Part shown: positions 17,140-29,534 of the stretch, one piece after another
How positions within the stretch are numbered: position 1 is the stretch's first letter
Layout of the letters: the number at the start of each line of letters is the position of its first letter
DNA from: a virus
Lineage: Duplodnaviria > Caudoviricetes
Length of the DNA stretch: 64,000 bases
Direction: 5' to 3' (one strand)
IMG/VR virus record: IMGVR_UViG_3300047402_000065
Span: 7,196-71,195 of that record
Made by a program: the position numbers and the translations under genes
The notes under the pieces: model-generated
The model's database searches: none
What the model was told of the DNA's origin: nothing
What the model saw: only the letters and a program-made list of their open reading frames with translations

Positions 17140-17646
17140 TTATGCTATTTTAAGTACGATCATTGCAAATCGCTTGATATTACCATTGCCGGCGGCCTGG
17201 TTGATCTCCACCGTCAATGTTCCTGGTGCGATTAAAGTTATAATCTCATTCATCGCCCACTTGTAAATACCTTGTTGGTATGACATTCCGGGGTTAGCGC
17301 CATACTGACGCGGAGCATTAACAGGAGTGCCGTCAACAACGAACCCATAGGTGCCATTAGTGACATCACTCAGGTTCATTATATCCAGGTCGAACATACA
17401 CAGGTATGTTCCGGATGAAGGTATCGCCAAAGTAGCGTCAGTAATAGCAAGGTCGACCTGCGCCCCATTGACGGATTGGTTATTATTAGCCGTAACCTCG
17501 TATGAGGGGAATGTCCCGTCAGGTCCTTGTGGGCCAGTAGCGCCAGTAGCGCCTTTGGGACCCCGAGGCCCCATGTCACCTTTCGCTCCGCGAATGGTCT
17601 TTTCGCAACAGCAGCACTTTTGTTGTTTGCACTTTTTGCAGCTCAT
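17140..17646 (-). CDS. short collagen-like protein with Cys-rich N-terminus and jelly-roll-like C-terminal head
   Basis: MSCKKCKQQKCCCC; GAKGDMGPRGPKGATGATGPQGP; SGTYL strand motif. Confidence 0.7.
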   Translation of the reverse strand: MSCKKCKQQKCCCCEKTIRGAKGDMGPRGPKGATGATGPQGPDGTFPSYEVTANNNQSVNGAQVDLAITDATLAIPSSGTYLCMFDLDIMNLSDVTNGTYGFVVDGTPVNAPRQYGANPGMSYQQGIYKWAMNEIITLIAPGTLTVEINQAAGNGNIKRFAMIVLKIA

Positions 17647-17650
17647 CGTA

Positions 17651-18214
17651 TCAGTGGTTGCATCCGCAGCGGCAGTTGAGGCTGATCTGCGTGATAAGTT
17701 CGTTAGCGCCTACAAGGTTGCAGCAGTCGATAGCCTTCTTAGCGCGAGTCAAGAGCACCTGCATCTCTGCAAGCTGTCTTGAAGTCTCATCGCGGAATAC
17801 ATCATCGAGCTTCACATTGTTGGTCTTTGCCGACATCTTATCGAGACAGCACTCGACCTCTTTTGTGAACACCGCCTCGGCGGTAGCCTCATAGGAAAAA
17901 TTACTTCCGGAACCATTGGTACCTGTGATAACGAACTTTACCGACCACAGACCCGAAGCAATCATCTTGCTGCCGAAGTCATAGGCCATGAACTGATATT
18001 GAGTGCCGGGGCCACCGAACCCGTTGAGGTTCTTGAAAATCTGCGTGCTCCCGTTAGGTAGTGTGACGTAGGCGGTGACGCCTGTGATCATCGTTGGAAG
18101 AATGGTCTGGAGGCCGTATCCGTAAGGATAGTCAGGCTTCCACTTGCCCGTGCAGTCTGTGACCACGAATGATCCGACACGCTCGGTGAGTTCTATCTTG
18201 AAGACAAGTGCCAT
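17651..18214 (-). CDS. hypothetical virion protein
   Basis: 187 aa; ECC, DCC and terminal CRCGCNH. Confidence 0.6.
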   Translation of the reverse strand: MALVFKIELTERVGSFVVTDCTGKWKPDYPYGYGLQTILPTMITGVTAYVTLPNGSTQIFKNLNGFGGPGTQYQFMAYDFGSKMIASGLWSVKFVITGTNGSGSNFSYEATAEAVFTKEVECCLDKMSAKTNNVKLDDVFRDETSRQLAEMQVLLTRAKKAIDCCNLVGANELITQISLNCRCGCNH

Positions 18215-18222
18215 CGTGAGTT

Positions 18223-18230
18223 CAAATATA
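18223..18230 (-). promoter_or_regulatory. Bacteroidota sigma70 -7 element (TATATTTG)
   Basis: CAAATATA on + strand, 8 nt upstream of ATG at 18214. Confidence 0.6.
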
Positions 18231-18272
18231 GGGATTAAAGTTTTACTTCAACAAGGTTTATTTGTTCGATTA

Positions 18273-21200
18273 TTATTCAGGCTCTTCTGTCAAGTCAACC
18301 CCTGCCAATGTACTAAGAAGAGCCGGGTCTCCCATAATAAGCATCTTCTTAGCTCTTGCCTGCGCTGCTGAATATATTTTATTCAGATGCGCAGCACGCA
18401 CCTCCGGAGAGTCCTCGTCAAAAGATCCGTACATGACATACTTCTCGACCTCCATCGCCCTCTGCTTTCCAACAAGCACCTGGTATTCGTGGTACTGAGA
18501 TGGGGTAAGCTGTACCGTGTTTCTATTTATAGATATCTGCTGTGAAGGCATCTTCGGCCATATCTTAGCCCGCAGATCATCATCGTCAGTTGTGCGATAG
18601 AAGTCAAATAACTTACGTCCCATATTAGGGCCATCGTATGATGAAGACTTCATTACGCTCATCATATAGTAATAGTATGGATTAGTTCCCGATGGAGCAT
18701 TTTTCACCTCATCGCCCCAGAGCGTGACCTTGCTAGGAAGCTGATCGCCCATGAACAAAGAGCTCTTCATGTTGTTGAGGAATATTTCTCCAGCAGTATT
18801 CCCCCTGGTATCCCTTAATACATCGTCGGATCCTTTGCTGATCTGCGACACCACATTGGGCAGAAATATCTTGGACATCGTAACTCCGTAATTAGCAGTC
18901 CAATATGCACTTCCCTTCCTGTCGGGATTAGCAAGAATGGTTAAGAAGTCGGATTCAGATTTAAGGAATGACTGATCGAATGCCGACTTAGTAGCGGCTC
19001 CCATGGTGTGCATAAATGCGTCATATACAGGGTATGTAGTCTCAATTTCTCTTTGAGAATCATGGCGATATATCTCGGCCCATACTCCCATCATCATGCC
19101 CACCGTGCCAAGTTTCTGATAACTGCACCATGTATCAGAATCCTCGATTTTATACCAGTCCTTGTCGCCGGACATAAGCCTCTGTATCGCCGTCCAGTTC
19201 ACGGTGCCAGGGCGAGTATAAGCGTATGCCGCAGCCTTTTCACCGGGCTTCTCATCCCTTGACGCGTTGGGCTGTATCAGTCCATATCTCACCAGGTTAC
19301 CAACGGCATAAGATAATCCAACTGCAAAAAGACTCTTCGCAAAGTTCTGCTGTGCTGACCTACGAGCATCTAGCGCCAATTCATGTTGGTCCGACTTCTC
19401 GTATCTTCTGCTGCGAATCAAATCATAAATACCAGATGCCATGCCGAACTCAGGGACAGTGAAGTGCAGCATCTCTGTGATGATATTGAGAGGCACTGTA
19501 GTAAATGGGAATACACCGGCCTTCGCCAATTTGATAAACCCGGCAATATGCCTCTCTACGCCACCAGCATCCATCATCTCCTGGAGCTTGTTGGCTCCAA
19601 GGTTCTGAATACTTTTCGATAGCACATTATCCTGCATATACACCGCCTTCTTACCTGCCTTAGTGATAGCTGCCATATCAGCCTCGTCAGGGAACATGGT
19701 CTTCTCCCATACCTCAGCCTCGCTCAAAGGCTTGCCATCTACAGTCTTGGTCTTTGCTATCTCGTATGCGCGGCCTATCTCAGCCATCGTCCTGCCGAAA
19801 TAGTCCGGCACTGCTGCGCCTCTGGACATAATGTCTGCGATCACACCAAATGACGATCCATACGCCTCGCTGAGTTTGCGCTCAACGAACCTTGTCTCCC
19901 CTGGCTTGCGACCAGTAATCAACCCCTTCATTGAATCAACAAAGTTTAATCCCGGAGGGCGAAGATCAAACTGCTCTCCCTCCATGGCACTTCCGGTTAT
20001 CAGCCGTCGCCATGTCTTATACGCAGAGAATGACCACCCAAACTTTATCATGCCATAAGCCTCCGCCATCGGACTCATCGACCTGTCGAGTTTAGTCCCA
20101 AACATAGCATTAGAAGCCTTTACCCATACGTATTCAACGATACCGGGCATCACCCTTGTCAAGAATCGGAATGGAGTAATGGCAATGTTGGCTACGACGT
20201 TAGCCACAGTAGTCATAGGAGTCATCAGGTTCCCGCGAAGACCGGATGCAAGCGTCACCCAGATGTCAGGCTTGATAAACGCCTTGGCGGTACGCATACG
20301 CCCTTCTGCCGCGATCTCCATGCTCTTCTTGTACTTATTCCACTTGTCGGCAATATCTTTTCTGAAGGCCGCATTCTTTTCTCTGGACAATACGCCACCA
20401 CTTCTCTCGGCCTCTACTCGCGCCTCCTTCCATTCATCAATGGTCTTGCGAAGATCGTTCTCAGATGCCTTGGCTTCAACAGTAAGCGCCCTGTCCTTTT
20501 TCATCTGTTCGATGACCTCGTCGGTAAGGATATCCCCCTTCATCGCCTCGGTGTACGCCTCTTTGAACTGTTCATTGGTAATGCTTCCACTCTCGCCAAG
20601 ATGCTTTGACACCTCCGCAACAAGTTTGCGCTGCCCCTTCTCGGACATGTCTCCGAAGCTATCCGATAGGATTTTCTTGATACGTCTTTCGCCTGTAATA
20701 ATATCCCTCAGTGGCACATTATCGACAACCTCATCCAGTGCACGCTCGATCATCTCTTCACTCGGCTTCTCGCCCATAGCCTTCTCATAATCCTTGCGGA
20801 AGCGAGTAACGGCATTTGCCGTCTCCCCCTCCTCAAGATATGTCTTGAGAATCTCGGCAGTGTTTCTCACCCGCTCAGAGGCCTGCAAGAGAACGTCTGC
20901 TCCTTTTGGAGCGCTTGGCTTATCAGGAGGGAGTGTCTTGAACTTCTCAAAAAGGCTAGTGCGCCTGCTAGCTGCCGCCGCCTTCTTTGCTTCACCCACA
21001 GGCTTTGCCTCTCGGGTCTTTGCGGCTTCGACGTTTATCTTATGTACGACGGTCTTATTCTTTCTCTCATTCGCCTTATATCGCTTTGCCGCCTCATCTT
21101 TAGCCTGAGCCTCTGCATAGCTTATCATGCCCTCTTCTGTCCCCTCTGCGATGCGTTTGTTGAACTTACCAATAATAGATGAGGTCGCTCCAGATGTAGT

Positions 21201-24200
21201 CGCAATTCTGTTTGCTTCCTGGCTTAGTTTCACCATCTTGTCAACCGATCCTTCCGAAGGGTTCATCTGGTAATGCTCGAATAACTGAAGAGCAACCATG
21301 CCTCTGGTCAGCGGATCCTTGAACTTTACATCCTTAGAAACAACATCGTTGTATAGCTCGTCAAGCTGGCCTTGACTTTCAGCGAACTTCACAACCTCGG
21401 CAGCCTCAGTCTCCGTCTTCAACTGCGACGTCTGTACATACGTAATGCCTTCTTCCTGCAATCCAGACTTCAGCTCATCGCTCATGCGGTCACTCTCCAT
21501 CATCCTCTTCAAACCAGCAACCTGTCTTACCTTTTGCTCCGGCGTCACGTTAGCTTCTTTCGGAGGCATCCCCTCCCGCTTGAAATCCTCGCGGATGCGG
21601 TTCTCGATCTCATCCGAGCCCACCTTGCCCCACAGCCTCGTAGACTTGATCGCCTCGATGGCCTTCTCTATGGCCTGCTCCACATCCATGCCTTTCGACA
21701 GCGCACGCTTGTATACATCGCCTGCGAACTTCACCAGCCCCTCTATGTCCAGTCCGGCCTTGACAACATCTTTGTCGCCGGAAGAAATGTTTCTCTCGCG
21801 CATCCAGGCGATAGTGCTGGTCACGCCTGCCTCCACCTGTTCGCCCACGCGAGCATCTTTCATCTGCTTGGCCTTCGCCTCCATCTTAGCAGCGGTCTCC
21901 TTTGTTATCAACCCATTCTTCACCGCCTCGCGTATCTTGCGCGTAGCAGAAGAGAAGAGTGCGAAGGTAGACTGCGCCTTGCCGGCCTTGCTCGCCATCA
22001 GCGAGAGCCTGTCGTTGATGTCCTTGACTGCATCTGCATTATCTGCAGTGGCAGCAGGGACAGGCTCTATGGCCTGCTCCTGCTGCGAAGGAGTGCTTAG
22101 TACTTCTTCTTGCTCTTGCCCGCTTTGCTCATCGCGATTGCGACGGCCTGAGCTTTCGGCTTGCCGTGTTTCATCTCCGTTTTGATGTTGGAGCTGATCA
22201 CCTTCTTGCTTGATCCCTTCTTGAGTGGCATCGGTCTTAGGTTTTACTGTGGCGCCCTCTTTCACAGCTTCGGGCTTGGCTGGTTCTTTATCGGATAGCA
22301 TCCTGTCGAAGACCTGACGAATCTCGTCACTCATCTTCACGTCTAGGCTGCTACCCTTTATCGTCTTGTAGACATTGGTGAGCCATTCTTTCAGGGAGTC
22401 GAACACCGCCTTGAGGGAGTCATTAGGAGCCTTCCCGTCACGCAGATATCGCTCGAAGCCTCGGGCGAACTTCTCCTCCGCCTTGCGCGTCCACACCTCT
22501 CCCTTCACCCCTGCCCACTCTTTTGCGTTCTTGTAGTGCGTCGCAAACTCTTCGCTACCCGTCGCCAGTCGCTCTAAGAAACGACGGCCTATATGCCCAC
22601 CGATCTCGTGGGTGAGCGTGGAGATGTCAGCACCCTCGAACAGGTGGATGGTCGCCTTGTTCTCCGCAGAGAAATCTACGGCGCCCTTGACCTTTGCTCC
22701 TGACTCCTGGAAGGCGATGACAGGGTTCTGCCTGTCGGCATCGGTGATAGCCGTCTCCAACCACCCCATGCCATTCTCGTCCACCACACGCTTCGCGTCG
22801 GGACGCATCTTCTTAAACTCTTTGTTGAGGCCTTTGTACTTGTCTACGACGGTCTGCTGACCGCTGCTCAGGCTCTCCTCAAAATTATCAGCAGAGGTAG
22901 CGTCGCTGCTCTCATAATCCTGTGGCTGCTGAAACTCCTCTATGCCACCACGGCTATTCACGGTGATGACATTATCACCATCCATATACACCTCTGCATA
23001 GCCGCCGAAGAGGTCTTCGATAGGCATGCTATACAACTCATCCTCTATCTTCTTGCGCACATCGCTCTCTATATCCTCCCATGCTACGGTCTCAGCGTCC
23101 TCATTGTCGCGGAAATAGTCCTCCATCGCCTCTTTAGCGTGGTCGGCAAGCCATTCGTCAGCACTCCAATTCTCCACCTCTTCACGCGTCATCGCCGAAG
23201 TGTCTTTGAACTCGCGCTTTATCTCATCGGTGATAGTCTCTTCTCGGTAATTTACCTCTTCGTTTACGCCTGTATGGTAGTCGAAGATATGCACGTCGTC
23301 ACTCGGCGCCACCCTGATGCCACCTCTATCCGTATCTATCACGGTCATTTCCGTCCCGCCATAGTTTATCACGTCGCCGGGCGACAGCACCTCGGGGTCT
23401 CCGTGCACAACCTCGTAAGGCATGCCATTCTCTCCCGCCTTGCTGACATATCCTTCTATCACCGCGATGGTGTACGGCTCAGGAAAACGCATCGTCTCCG
23501 CGCCCGACTCGGCAGCAGTCTTCACCGCCTCGCGCATCAGGCGCCCCTCATGACCTTTGGCAGATGCTATGAACTGCGCGAGCATCATATCCTTCTTGCC
23601 AGAGCTCTCGATCTCCTTTGCCCGCTGCTCTATGAACTTGTTTTTCTCTACGTTGAGGATCTCGCTGCGACGCTTGTTATATTCTGATCTGAACTCTTCT
23701 TTTTTTGCTTCAGCTTTTTGCGCCGAAGCATTTGTCTCATCACGAAAATGTTCGGCCTCAGTAAGAGTATCGAAAACCTTTATGTCGCCATCTATAGGTC
23801 CATAACCACGAACGTCAACTTGATATCTGCCATGATAACTTCTTGTTCCGGTACCGGGACCATCGCTCTCCAACGCCTCAAAGGGCTCCATTGCCTTCAC
23901 CCGCCCCATATTGTACGCTGCGTTAACAGCCGCCTGTCCTTTGTTCAGCGAGTCGTGATACGCATCAGAGTGGTCATCACCTCTCGTTACATCACTCTGC
24001 CCCACCCTCTTTCCATCTTTATACGCCACCCACTCGCCACCATTCTTCTTGACCTCTATACCCAACTCCTTTGTGATGGCTTCATACGTGTCCTTGTGGA
24101 CGTCGAGCATCTTCTGGTCGACGAACGCATCTATCTCATGCTGCGAAACTTTCTGCGCGAGCAGGTCTGTAGCCTTGTTCTTCTGAAAGTAGTCACTCTG

Positions 24201-27200
24201 CAGCTCGGCAACAGTAAACACCTTGCTCTTTTTGTTGAACCATGAGCGGATGTGACCGAACAGCCCCACGTTGATATTCTTACCACCTTCGGGGCTCGTG
24301 CGCTGGTCCACCCATCGCTGCACCTGATCTTTGTTACCTGCCGTGCCCACCCATCTCTCTATCTCTGTCGGAGGGGTGCTGTCGGGCATGGCTTTGTCCA
24401 CCGCCGCCCACATCTCCGTGCCGGGTATCTGGCGCATCTCCCACTGACGGCCCTCAAGACCTTCTCGTGTGAAGTCACCGCCGAAGTGCCCCGTCTCCCC
24501 ATGCTCGATAGGAGCGTTGAATACTATCGTCTCTGCATCGCCATAGTTCTCGTTGTCGCCAAGGTTACCCTGTCCATACTCAGAGTATGAGGAGGTGCGT
24601 ATCGGCTCAAGGCGCATGGTCTGCATCTCGACATCTCTACGGAACTCGTCGAAGTTGATGCGCTTCTGCCCTTTGTATTTTTCGTAGTCAAGAACTTCGC
24701 TGATGATGTCTTTCTCGATCTGCTTGCCACGACTTTTTATCATGTCGCGGATCTGCTGTGGGTTGACACTCTGCCCCTTCATCTTGGCGATGGTAGGGTC
24801 ATTGAATATCGCCAACGTAACTTTCGGAGCAGTCCCTTCCGCCTCCTGGCGAAGTGTGCCACCTTTTCTCTGCAACTCTTTGAGGTCTCCCTTTTTGATG
24901 TCGCCGATAAATGTCTCGTAGAAATTGTCGTTGCCTGTAGTCTTCTTCCACACATCGGACATCGCGTCCATGAGCTTCATCTGCACATCTATCTCCTTGT
25001 CGGACATAGGTACTTTCTTCTCGGCTCCCACCAGCTTTCTGGCGCGGCCAAGAAGAGATTTGTCTGCGCTTACAAGAACTCCTTGATTTCGGAGGTCTAT
25101 TAACGACTGCCTTGCTTCTTCTCTTTTATCAGCATTGCGTGTAGATTCTGCAAGTCTTTCTTCGTCGGTTTTTTCGCCGGCTTTGCGAACAGATGCGGAT
25201 GACGTTTGGTCTGTACCTTGTGTACCTTCATTTGATAAAGGTACTTCTTTTTCAGCAGGAATCCTACTCTTCAACGCCTCGAGGTGTGTCGTCTCCTCCG
25301 GGCTGAGCATACCCTGGTCTTCGAGCCATCGTAGCTGGTCGTACTCATGCTCCTGCTCCGGCGTGAGTGGCTGCTGTTCCCCCTCTTTCCCTTCAGGCTG
25401 CTCGGTCTTCACCCCTGTCTGTTGCTGTATCTCATTTTCGATCTGCTGTATCTCTTCTTCAAGATGTGGCTTAAAGCTGCTGTCCGCCGTCTTTAGCTCC
25501 GCCTCTATCCTTCCCTTCTTTACAAGAGTTGCCAGCACCTCTCTCTTTTGCGCAGGGGTGAACCCTTTGGGCATTGAGCTGAGTCGCGCCTGAGCGATAT
25601 CCAACTGCTCGTTCAAGAAGTTCATGCGGCTGTCATCTATCAGCCCATCCTTCTTCATCTGCATGATGCGCTCGCGATATTCCTTCGGGTTCGACGCAGC
25701 CTCAAACAATGCCTCTGAATACAGCCTGTTCTGCGTGCCTGTGCGGAAATTATTTCTCTGTGCGAAAGCACCCATGACGCCACCGAGCAGCGTGCTCATG
25801 ACGATAGTCTCTTTCAGGTCTTCACCAATATGCTCCCCTGCAGACAGGTTGGCTCCTGTTATCTGATTGGCTGCGGTGTTAAGAACAAGGTCGCCGCCTT
25901 TCTGAACAAAGCCAACCACGTTCGCTCCATAAATTTCTCTCACAACCCCTTTCATCGCTGTCTTCATCGCCGCTGTTGTCCCCACTCCGTCTGCAAGCGC
26001 CTTGGTAAACACGGCTGCATTGCGCTCTGCCGTGGAGAATATCTGAGCTGCTTCGGATCCGGCAGGGTTAACACCCATAGCTGCACCTGTAACTGCTGCG
26101 CCAAATGTCGAATATATGGACGCCTGACTCTCGCTCATCCCTGCGGCGATGCCAGCGTCATAGTAATCAGATGCTGCTCCAGCTCCGAATGCTGCGCCTT
26201 GCATAACGGTCAACATTCCAGAGGTTGCTTCTGCTGCTCCCGAGAGGCTCGCCAACGCTCCTGCGCCGATAGCCGCACCGCCAACCTTGATGGCCATGTC
26301 AGCAATAGACTCGGCAAGCCTTGGCAACAAATTCTCCTTGAACTGACCTGTCTTTGGATCCCATGTGCCAGCAACAGGAAGGTATGTCTCGTTGAAGTGG
26401 TTATTCCACTCTTTTACATTGTCATAAAGTTCATCCGTCCAGTCGTAGTCTCCTCCATGCCCTGTCATTGCCTCAATGATAGAGAGGTTCATCTTGGGAA
26501 GATAGGATGCGCTCTTGACGAGCTTCGTTACTGCTCGACCCACAGGATTGGAGATGTTTGTCATCACATCGCCGCCGGGCATTGTTCGGATCATGGATGA
26601 TATGGCGATCTGCTCCCTGTCCGATTTGAGCATGTCTGCCATCAGCTCCGGATATTTCTTCAGATTATTTTTCGCCAGCTCCGCCACCTGATCCATCTCG
26701 CCCACAGACGTATAATACCCATTGAGAGCCGCCGAGAACGACGGGTCACTCATCAGCCCATTGGCCTGCGCCGCAGATTCATCGTACTTTTGCTTCCACA
26801 GGTTAGCGCTTGACATAAGAGAATTATACCTAGCCTGATCCTTCGCATCAGCAAGGATGATCTCGCCATTCGCATTTTTAGAGAAGGAGTTGTTGATGTC
26901 AGCCACAGCCTGAGCATACCCATTCTGCGCCTCGGTCATCGCCTGGGCGAATGTGTTGAACTGATTATACTTGTCCTTATGCCCCTCCAGCAATATTGCC
27001 TGCTGCATCTTCACATTACTGTCAGAGGCATCACCCGCGAAGTTGAGCGCCTGCAGGTCGAACGTATATCTATCCTTCTGGGCGTCCAGGGACTCTGGGT
27101 CTGTCTCAGAGTGATACGCAAGACGAGAGTTCATCTCATAGAGCTTCTGAGGATCATACTGCTCCAGATATGACTTGTACGCGCCCTTCACATCCTCCAT

Positions 27201-27818
27201 CTCATCACGCACTACCGGAGCTGCCACTCCGGGCGCATGAGCTACGTTATACTCCGGGGTTCCGGGAGTATTGGAACGAATGTCTCTCGCCGTCTTGGCC
27301 GCAGTCATATACTTGTTGTATGACTGCGTCTGATTGGAGTTATAATTCTTTAAGGCCTCACTCTGTATAATTGAATTGGGAATAAATCCCATCTCATCTT
27401 TTGGCATCGCCACATCCATTTCATGACCAGTTCCGGCGTATGGATTTGCAAATCCGAACGGGCTGGCATTCATAAATGCAGCCCTGTTGATTTCAGTCTC
27501 AGATAATGGTTTAGCGGACGGAGGCGTTGTCGCCACTATCGTCCTTTGCTGAAGCGCATTCGGTATGAACGGGTTGGTAGCGCCTGTTGAAAGAGATGCT
27601 GAACTCGGAGTCGCCCCACTCGAAGCAAACGAGGGACCGGAGCCCATTGGCAGTGCCGTAGATGATGAGGTAGAAGGCTCTTTTTTTTTTGGAGAAGACG
27701 AGTTGGCCGCATCAAGAGCCGCTTGGTCTGCCGCAGACAATGACGATGTCTTTGTGCGAGCATTAGCTGCATCCAGTGCCGCCTGATCTTCCTTACTTAG
27801 TTTTATAGGAGGTGCCAT
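18273..27818 (-). CDS. giant internal virion/ejection protein (polyvalent-protein-like)
   Basis: 3181 aa after two smaller ejection-like genes; AELQSDYF motif, zincin-like [17 protein letters not shown] and C-terminal region resembling LPD38/T7 gp16-type proteins. Confidence 0.7.
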   Translation of the reverse strand: MAPPIKLSKEDQAALDAANARTKTSSLSAADQAALDAANSSSPKKKEPSTSSSTALPMGSGPSFASSGATPSSASLSTGATNPFIPNALQQRTIVATTPPSAKPLSETEINRAAFMNASPFGFANPYAGTGHEMDVAMPKDEMGFIPNSIIQSEALKNYNSNQTQSYNKYMTAAKTARDIRSNTPGTPEYNVAHAPGVAAPVVRDEMEDVKGAYKSYLEQYDPQKLYEMNSRLAYHSETDPESLDAQKDRYTFDLQALNFAGDASDSNVKMQQAILLEGHKDKYNQFNTFAQAMTEAQNGYAQAVADINNSFSKNANGEIILADAKDQARYNSLMSSANLWKQKYDESAAQANGLMSDPSFSAALNGYYTSVGEMDQVAELAKNNLKKYPELMADMLKSDREQIAISSMIRTMPGGDVMTNISNPVGRAVTKLVKSASYLPKMNLSIIEAMTGHGGDYDWTDELYDNVKEWNNHFNETYLPVAGTWDPKTGQFKENLLPRLAESIADMAIKVGGAAIGAGALASLSGAAEATSGMLTVMQGAAFGAGAASDYYDAGIAAGMSESQASIYSTFGAAVTGAAMGVNPAGSEAAQIFSTAERNAAVFTKALADGVGTTAAMKTAMKGVVREIYGANVVGFVQKGGDLVLNTAANQITGANLSAGEHIGEDLKETIVMSTLLGGVMGAFAQRNNFRTGTQNRLYSEALFEAASNPKEYRERIMQMKKDGLIDDSRMNFLNEQLDIAQARLSSMPKGFTPAQKREVLATLVKKGRIEAELKTADSSFKPHLEEEIQQIENEIQQQTGVKTEQPEGKEGEQQPLTPEQEHEYDQLRWLEDQGMLSPEETTHLEALKSRIPAEKEVPLSNEGTQGTDQTSSASVRKAGEKTDEERLAESTRNADKREEARQSLIDLRNQGVLVSADKSLLGRARKLVGAEKKVPMSDKEIDVQMKLMDAMSDVWKKTTGNDNFYETFIGDIKKGDLKELQRKGGTLRQEAEGTAPKVTLAIFNDPTIAKMKGQSVNPQQIRDMIKSRGKQIEKDIISEVLDYEKYKGQKRINFDEFRRDVEMQTMRLEPIRTSSYSEYGQGNLGDNENYGDAETIVFNAPIEHGETGHFGGDFTREGLEGRQWEMRQIPGTEMWAAVDKAMPDSTPPTEIERWVGTAGNKDQVQRWVDQRTSPEGGKNINVGLFGHIRSWFNKKSKVFTVAELQSDYFQKNKATDLLAQKVSQHEIDAFVDQKMLDVHKDTYEAITKELGIEVKKNGGEWVAYKDGKRVGQSDVTRGDDHSDAYHDSLNKGQAAVNAAYNMGRVKAMEPFEALESDGPGTGTRSYHGRYQVDVRGYGPIDGDIKVFDTLTEAEHFRDETNASAQKAEAKKEEFRSEYNKRRSEILNVEKNKFIEQRAKEIESSGKKDMMLAQFIASAKGHEGRLMREAVKTAAESGAETMRFPEPYTIAVIEGYVSKAGENGMPYEVVHGDPEVLSPGDVINYGGTEMTVIDTDRGGIRVAPSDDVHIFDYHTGVNEEVNYREETITDEIKREFKDTSAMTREEVENWSADEWLADHAKEAMEDYFRDNEDAETVAWEDIESDVRKKIEDELYSMPIEDLFGGYAEVYMDGDNVITVNSRGGIEEFQQPQDYESSDATSADNFEESLSSGQQTVVDKYKGLNKEFKKMRPDAKRVVDENGMGWLETAITDADRQNPVIAFQESGAKVKGAVDFSAENKATIHLFEGADISTLTHEIGGHIGRRFLERLATGSEEFATHYKNAKEWAGVKGEVWTRKAEEKFARGFERYLRDGKAPNDSLKAVFDSLKEWLTNVYKTIKGSSLDVKMSDEIRQVFDRMLSDKEPAKPEAVKEGATVKPKTDATQEGIKQEGDQLQHQNGDETRQAESSGRRNRDEQSGQEQEEVLSTPSQQEQAIEPVPAATADNADAVKDINDRLSLMASKAGKAQSTFALFSSATRKIREAVKNGLITKETAAKMEAKAKQMKDARVGEQVEAGVTSTIAWMRERNISSGDKDVVKAGLDIEGLVKFAGDVYKRALSKGMDVEQAIEKAIEAIKSTRLWGKVGSDEIENRIREDFKREGMPPKEANVTPEQKVRQVAGLKRMMESDRMSDELKSGLQEEGITYVQTSQLKTETEAAEVVKFAESQGQLDELYNDVVSKDVKFKDPLTRGMVALQLFEHYQMNPSEGSVDKMVKLSQEANRIATTSGATSSIIGKFNKRIAEGTEEGMISYAEAQAKDEAAKRYKANERKNKTVVHKINVEAAKTREAKPVGEAKKAAAASRRTSLFEKFKTLPPDKPSAPKGADVLLQASERVRNTAEILKTYLEEGETANAVTRFRKDYEKAMGEKPSEEMIERALDEVVDNVPLRDIITGERRIKKILSDSFGDMSEKGQRKLVAEVSKHLGESGSITNEQFKEAYTEAMKGDILTDEVIEQMKKDRALTVEAKASENDLRKTIDEWKEARVEAERSGGVLSREKNAAFRKDIADKWNKYKKSMEIAAEGRMRTAKAFIKPDIWVTLASGLRGNLMTPMTTVANVVANIAITPFRFLTRVMPGIVEYVWVKASNAMFGTKLDRSMSPMAEAYGMIKFGWSFSAYKTWRRLITGSAMEGEQFDLRPPGLNFVDSMKGLITGRKPGETRFVERKLSEAYGSSFGVIADIMSRGAAVPDYFGRTMAEIGRAYEIAKTKTVDGKPLSEAEVWEKTMFPDEADMAAITKAGKKAVYMQDNVLSKSIQNLGANKLQEMMDAGGVERHIAGFIKLAKAGVFPFTTVPLNIITEMLHFTVPEFGMASGIYDLIRSRRYEKSDQHELALDARRSAQQNFAKSLFAVGLSYAVGNLVRYGLIQPNASRDEKPGEKAAAYAYTRPGTVNWTAIQRLMSGDKDWYKIEDSDTWCSYQKLGTVGMMMGVWAEIYRHDSQREIETTYPVYDAFMHTMGAATKSAFDQSFLKSESDFLTILANPDRKGSAYWTANYGVTMSKIFLPNVVSQISKGSDDVLRDTRGNTAGEIFLNNMKSSLFMGDQLPSKVTLWGDEVKNAPSGTNPYYYYMMSVMKSSSYDGPNMGRKLFDFYRTTDDDDLRAKIWPKMPSQQISINRNTVQLTPSQYHEYQVLVGKQRAMEVEKYVMYGSFDEDSPEVRAAHLNKIYSAAQARAKKMLIMGDPALLSTLAGVDLTEEPE

Positions 27819-27821
27819 ATT

Positions 27822-29534
27822 TTATTGAACGACATATTCGGTTCCGTTCCATACGGCGGTCTTTCCGCTCGGAAGTGTAAACGACTGCCCTTGTGGGCCA
27901 TAGGTAGCAGAACTACCAGATGATGTGGATGTAGGAACGGGTTGTCCAGAATAATTCTTTGGCTCATTGATATTCTGAATGCGAGTCTGCGCTGTCCTTT
28001 GATTCGCATTGTTTATCTGAATATCTGTCCTTACGCCTCTCTTGTAAGACCCGTCAGCATTGAACTGCGTAAGACTATTCTGTATCTCTGACACAGGCAA
28101 CCACACCGTCTGTGTGGTAGGCGTCCGTGTAGATGTCTGGAAGTCTGAAGTGGTCTCGCTGCCAGTATAAATTGTTCCGGACGCATACGTCACCCACTTG
28201 GTCCTTCCCGGATCAGCTTGCGTCTCATTTGGAACAATATTTCCTTTAGAGTCCACGAGTACATTGAATGTCTTGCCGATAGATATTTGCGCATTGCCGG
28301 GGACAGTTATAGGCTTGCCTGTTGCTGGATCCACTGCCGCTGCCGACTGCGGCACATTGACTTTTATCGGGTTAAACGTCTGTCCATCGTAGGTTACAAC
28401 GCCTCCTGATTCGCCTGCATAATTTACTGTCTCCGATTCAGGATTCACAGCGTTTGCTTCGTATGTCTTATCTGCACCAGAGCCTCCGGCAAACTGATTG
28501 GCGGCATGGTCTATCGTCCGCTCTGTCTTAGTGCCAAGCAATGAATACAAGCGATTGTAGATATCATCACGGGTGATATAATCACTTCCCGCATACCGAG
28601 TCTTGTACAACCCGTCAGCGAGCAGGTCGAGCTTTGTCTTATCTGTTCCTGTTGTCTTGGTAGATGTTATCAAGTCGTAGATACCCTGAGAAGATATCCC
28701 CGGATTCGTCTGATACACATCCTGTATGATTTTGTCTATCTCCGTGTTCACCGCCTTGTCGACGTCGTAGTCCGCGTTCATCCTCAGAATACTGCTGCCA
28801 AGCTGATGCCCTTTCGGGTCAAATGGATTCGACAGGCCGCCGATGCCGTTCATCACATCACTCATGCTCTTTGTGAGTGCCGGCGAGGCGTTGAAGTTTC
28901 CGCTCTTGACGAGAGCCTGTATCTCCCCAACCTTATTCACGATGCCATCCTCATACTGCGCCACGGTCTGCATGCTCTGCACCCAGTTGTTGAAACCCTG
29001 GTCCTGCTTGAGGTAGCCCGCCCAATCCTTGCCATACTGCTTCTGTGCGTTGGCGATCCACTTATCCATGCCCTCGGCGAAGACGTCGTTGAGTTCGCCC
29101 TGCACCGCGAAACGCTTGGTGATCGGCGCTTTGTTGGCAGTGTAGAAATCAGAAATATCTTTTTGCTTTGCCAATGCAGCGTCACGCAATGCTCGTTGCT
29201 TTGCGTCGAACACTCCGAATGGCACGAGGTGTGATGGAGCATAGATAGGAACGGATCCCACCACGCTGCCCGAATAGCTTCCCTTCTGAATATCATTAGC
29301 TGCTGATGGGAACATCGTCGACGCTGCCATCTCTGGCAGTGCACCTGAATATCTTGCTACCTGTGCATCGAGCTGACTCTGGTATGGATTGGGCGCAACC
29401 TGGTAGTTATACTTCTGATTCAGAAAGTTATTCAGATTATTATCCCCATAGGTCATGTTGTAGATGTCATTGACATTTACATCACCGCCTGTCGTTGCGT
29501 CTCCTGATGGAGTAAGGGGTATATCGAGTGCCAT
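27822..29534 (-). CDS. putative ejection (cargo) protein
   Basis: 570 aa, Q/N/T/G-rich; position between muzzle and giant protein. Confidence 0.55.
   Translation of the reverse strand: MALDIPLTPSGDATTGGDVNVNDIYNMTYGDNNLNNFLNQKYNYQVAPNPYQSQLDAQVARYSGALPEMAASTMFPSAANDIQKGSYSGSVVGSVPIYAPSHLVPFGVFDAKQRALRDAALAKQKDISDFYTANKAPITKRFAVQGELNDVFAEGMDKWIANAQKQYGKDWAGYLKQDQGFNNWVQSMQTVAQYEDGIVNKVGEIQALVKSGNFNASPALTKSMSDVMNGIGGLSNPFDPKGHQLGSSILRMNADYDVDKAVNTEIDKIIQDVYQTNPGISSQGIYDLITSTKTTGTDKTKLDLLADGLYKTRYAGSDYITRDDIYNRLYSLLGTKTERTIDHAANQFAGGSGADKTYEANAVNPESETVNYAGESGGVVTYDGQTFNPIKVNVPQSAAAVDPATGKPITVPGNAQISIGKTFNVLVDSKGNIVPNETQADPGRTKWVTYASGTIYTGSETTSDFQTSTRTPTTQTVWLPVSEIQNSLTQFNADGSYKRGVRTDIQINNANQRTAQTRIQNINEPKNYSGQPVPTSTSSGSSATYGPQGQSFTLPSGKTAVWNGTEYVVQ

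Noticed and set aside
27681-27690. A10 tract near the start of the giant gene as a phase-variation switch
   Set aside because: Encodes KKK in a low-complexity region, is in frame, and the gene is likely essential; no evidence without reads.
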